From Candidatus Cloacimonadales bacterium (GTDB lineage: Bacteria > Cloacimonadota > Cloacimonadia > Cloacimonadales > JAFGVF01), in contig OY762964.1 in NCBI GenBank assembly GCA_963667035.1, positions 1,376,001 through 1,440,000 on the forward strand: a DNA stretch of 64,000 nt, read 5' to 3'. The notes under the pieces are model-generated. The model searched no databases. It was not told where the DNA came from and saw only the letters and a program-made list of their open reading frames with translations. Numbering within the stretch: the stretch's first letter is position 1; every line of letters begins with the position of its first letter. This document shows positions 61,527 to 64,000 of this stretch, in pieces. The position numbers were made by a program, and so were the translations under genes.

Positions 61527-63188
61527 CAGACTGTTGACAAAGCTATGAGTAAGATTTCATAGCTTTGTCTTTTTTTAGCTTAAAATAAGAACATCAATCA
61601 TTGACAAAAACCCCCTTAGTTTATACTTAAACCATCATAATTAGAGGTGGTTATGCTTAAAAAAGTTTCTGACACACAGTCCCAAATGGAATTTGTAATA
61701 ATAGATGATCTTGTCCCGGAAGATCATATTCTACGCAAGATTGACAGGGTAATAGATTTTAGTTTTATTATGGACCGAACTGCTCATTTGTATTGCCCCG
61801 ACAACGGTCGTCCCCCAGTGCATCCCATAACTTTCTTCAAAATGCTTTTTATTGGTTATCTATTTGGTATCCGTTCTGAGCGACAACTAATCAGAGAGAT
61901 TCAGGTCAATGTAGCATATCGCTGGTTCTTAGGGTATGGGCTTACTGATAAAATACCGAGTCATTCTCTCTTCAGCCAGAATCGTCGCAGACGCTTTACT
62001 GATAGCACTGTTTTTGAAGAGATTTTCATTGATATTGTAAAACTTGGTATCGAGAATGGTTTGGTAGATGGCAAGGTTCTTTATAGCGATTCAACTCATC
62101 TGAAAGCTAATGCTAATAAAGGCAAATATGAATCAATTAAAGTAGAGACCACACCTCAGAGTTATCTTGAAGATCTAAATAAAACAGTGGATGAAAACCG
62201 AAAAGCTCACGGTAAGAAGCCACTCCCACCTAAAGACAATGACTTTAAAGGCGGTTCGTCACCCAAAGTTAAAGAGATTAAGTCTAGTAAAACAGATCCT
62301 GACAGTGGTTTCATGACGCGAGACAAGAAACCACAAGGTTTCTTCTATCTTGATCATAGAACCGTAGATCCTAAAGTAAACTTCATAACAGATGTTCATA
62401 TTACCGCCGGCAATGTGAATGACAGTTCTTGCTATATTGATAGGCTAAAAGTGCAGCAAGAGCGTTTTGGTTTTGATGTCCTGGCAGTAGGTCTTGATGC
62501 CGGGTATGATACAGCTAATATATGCAAAGAATTAGTAGATATGGGAATCATGGGAGTAATAGGTTATCGTCGACTTGGAGGTAAAAAAGGTCTTTTCAAG
62601 AAGCGTGATTTTAAGTTCATTTCAGATAGAGACATATACATCTGTCCAGAAGGGAAAGAGCTTAAATATCGAACAACAAACCGTAACGGTTATGATGAAT
62701 ATGCATCCGAGAGTAGCTATTGTAAAAACTGTCCAATGCTTAACAAATGCACCGAGAGCAAGAACCATCAAAAAGTTATCATGCGTCATGTATGGGAAGA
62801 CAGTAGAGAGATTATCCATAAAAACAGGTTAACCTTTTGTGGCAAAGAGATATACAAAAAACGAAAAGAAACCATTGAGAGAAGCTTTGCAAATGCAAAG
62901 CAACTTCATGGTTATCGGTATGCGAAATATCGAGGTATAGAACGAGTTCGAGAACAAGCATATATGACATCAGTAGTTCAAAACATAAAGAAACTGGTTA
63001 AATACCTTTTCAATGGCATATCAGGGAAAGTGGCATCAATGTTATTAGCTTTTTATGTTAATATATGCTCTGGTTTAGACGAATATAGAGCTAAATCTCA
63101 TTATCCTGATATTGTACTCAACTAATCAGAAATAAACTTACAATGTAAAAACCCAGTCATTTTCATAACTGGGTTTGTAAACGGTCTG
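61527..63188 (+). mobile_element. IS1182-family insertion sequence, 1662 bp
   Basis: Terminal IRs CAGACTGTTGACAAA / TTTGTAAACGGTCTG (13/15 match), flanking 26-bp direct repeat, single transposase ORF. Confidence 0.92.
61653..63125 (+). CDS. IS1182 family transposase
   Basis: LVPEDHILRKID, GRPPVHP, GIRSERQL, YRWFLG, DSTHLKANA, STDPDS-like, DAGY, RKETIERSFA. Confidence 0.95.
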   Translation: MLKKVSDTQSQMEFVIIDDLVPEDHILRKIDRVIDFSFIMDRTAHLYCPDNGRPPVHPITFFKMLFIGYLFGIRSERQLIREIQVNVAYRWFLGYGLTDKIPSHSLFSQNRRRRFTDSTVFEEIFIDIVKLGIENGLVDGKVLYSDSTHLKANANKGKYESIKVETTPQSYLEDLNKTVDENRKAHGKKPLPPKDNDFKGGSSPKVKEIKSSKTDPDSGFMTRDKKPQGFFYLDHRTVDPKVNFITDVHITAGNVNDSSCYIDRLKVQQERFGFDVLAVGLDAGYDTANICKELVDMGIMGVIGYRRLGGKKGLFKKRDFKFISDRDIYICPEGKELKYRTTNRNGYDEYASESSYCKNCPMLNKCTESKNHQKVIMRHVWEDSREIIHKNRLTFCGKEIYKKRKETIERSFANAKQLHGYRYAKYRGIERVREQAYMTSVVQNIKKLVKYLFNGISGKVASMLLAFYVNICSGLDEYRAKSHYPDIVLN

Positions 63189-63212
63189 AGCCCTGTCCGA
63201 AAGGACAGGGCC

Positions 63213-63415
63213 TTTTTATTAATGGCTTCAGCCAGTTGAGCTATTTATAGCGAAACATTAAACCACCCGCTATACGGGTGCGGAAAGGATTGTTTTATAA
63301 AGATTCACCTTTCCGTTACTTTTGAGTTGTTCAAGCTAGCGTCCTGAGATGCTAGTCGGTATCACCCCCTTATAGGGGGGAGCAAACCACCCGTTGTACG
63401 GGTGGTCATGATTTT
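63213..63415 (+). mobile_element. direct repeat B plus non-autonomous IS200/IS605-like miniature element (PATE/MITE-like)
   Basis: Hairpins CACCCG-CTATA-CGGGTG, CGGAAAGG...CCTTTCCG, CCCCCT-TAT-AGGGGG and ACCACCCGT-TGT-ACGGGTGGT; no transposase ORF. Confidence 0.6.
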
Positions 63416-63805
63416 ACACACGCTGGTATTTTAGTTTCATGCTGTTAACAGTATGATAAAATAGCTTGACTCATAGTTAGTGATTAATGAACGTGATTTG
63501 ATAAATCTTAGATAAAAGGAATGTTGCGTAATGCAGGAAGAAATAAAGTATCTACTTCAATATGAAGCTATAGTACATTTATATATTACAATTACCTCTT
63601 TTTTCGGTAAATTTGTAAGTTCTTTCCGCTCATTAACCAGATATAAGTGGCTAATTATTCTAACCGAATTGAACTTCTTATTAGCCATCCGCAAGTATAC
63701 CTGTCAGATTCCTTTTCATCCTCTAGTACTAAGATTATAGACTACTTTCCCCACTTCAAACAACAAATAATATAAAAAAATCATAAAAAACAGGAGAAGT
63801 AGAAC

Positions 63806-64000
63806 ATGAAAAACAGATCAGTTCGAGGAATATTAATATTCCTGTTTATACTTCTGTCCATCTATTTTACCCTTCAATTTGTGCAGGGTATTCCTTGGGG
63901 TTGGGCTCAGAAGAAACTGAATCTTGGTTTAGATTTGAAGGGTGGTATGCAACTGCTTCTGGAAGTTGACTTTAGTGAAGTTAACATTAATAAAGCAGAC
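63806..64000 (+). CDS. secD: protein translocase subunit SecD, 5' portion running off the window
   Basis: AGGAG RBS, TM helix, then KLNLGLDLKGGMQLLLEVD. Confidence 0.9.
   Translation, partial: MKNRSVRGILIFLFILLSIYFTLQFVQGIPWGWAQKKLNLGLDLKGGMQLLLEVDFSEVNINKAD

Noticed and set aside
63531..63740. 69-aa ORF upstream of secD
   Set aside because: No recognisable motif; AT-rich intergenic-like composition; cannot be supported from sequence alone

Overview
AT-rich bacterial chromosome window, mostly housekeeping genes (hutH partial, truA, ispG, murJ, uvrC, pgk, psuG, rlpA, thyX, deoC, rlmN, PBP1A, rsmA, rsmD, cysS, secD partial, tRNA-Asn). It also carries many envelope proteins, including beta-barrels, TPR lipoproteins and a C25 gingipain-like protease with a FlgD/T9SS-like tail. 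This points to a diderm FCB-group organism, plausibly Cloacimonadota (inference, not verified). The best candidate for an undescribed system is a tightly coupled operon at 19330-28289. It encodes a stand-alone PqqD/RRE protein, an ATP-grasp ligase, a LysA-fold PLP enzyme, a urea-transporter/M23-peptidase fusion, an AlgI-type MBOAT, an SGNH partner, a secreted TPR protein and a TPR/beta-barrel protein, and is followed by a repeat lipoprotein. No precursor peptide is visible, but the PLP enzyme has an N-terminal extension resembling a lasso-type YxxPx(L/I) leader. Other non-standard signals: dispersed intergenic palindromes built from 11-bp phased pentamers; an IS1182 that duplicated a whole 26-bp terminator; IS200-like miniature elements forming direct repeats around the C25 gene; and a 56-aa Cys-rich ORF with a clamp-binding-like motif that is missing from the ORF track. 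All calls come from reading motifs by eye; no searches were run.
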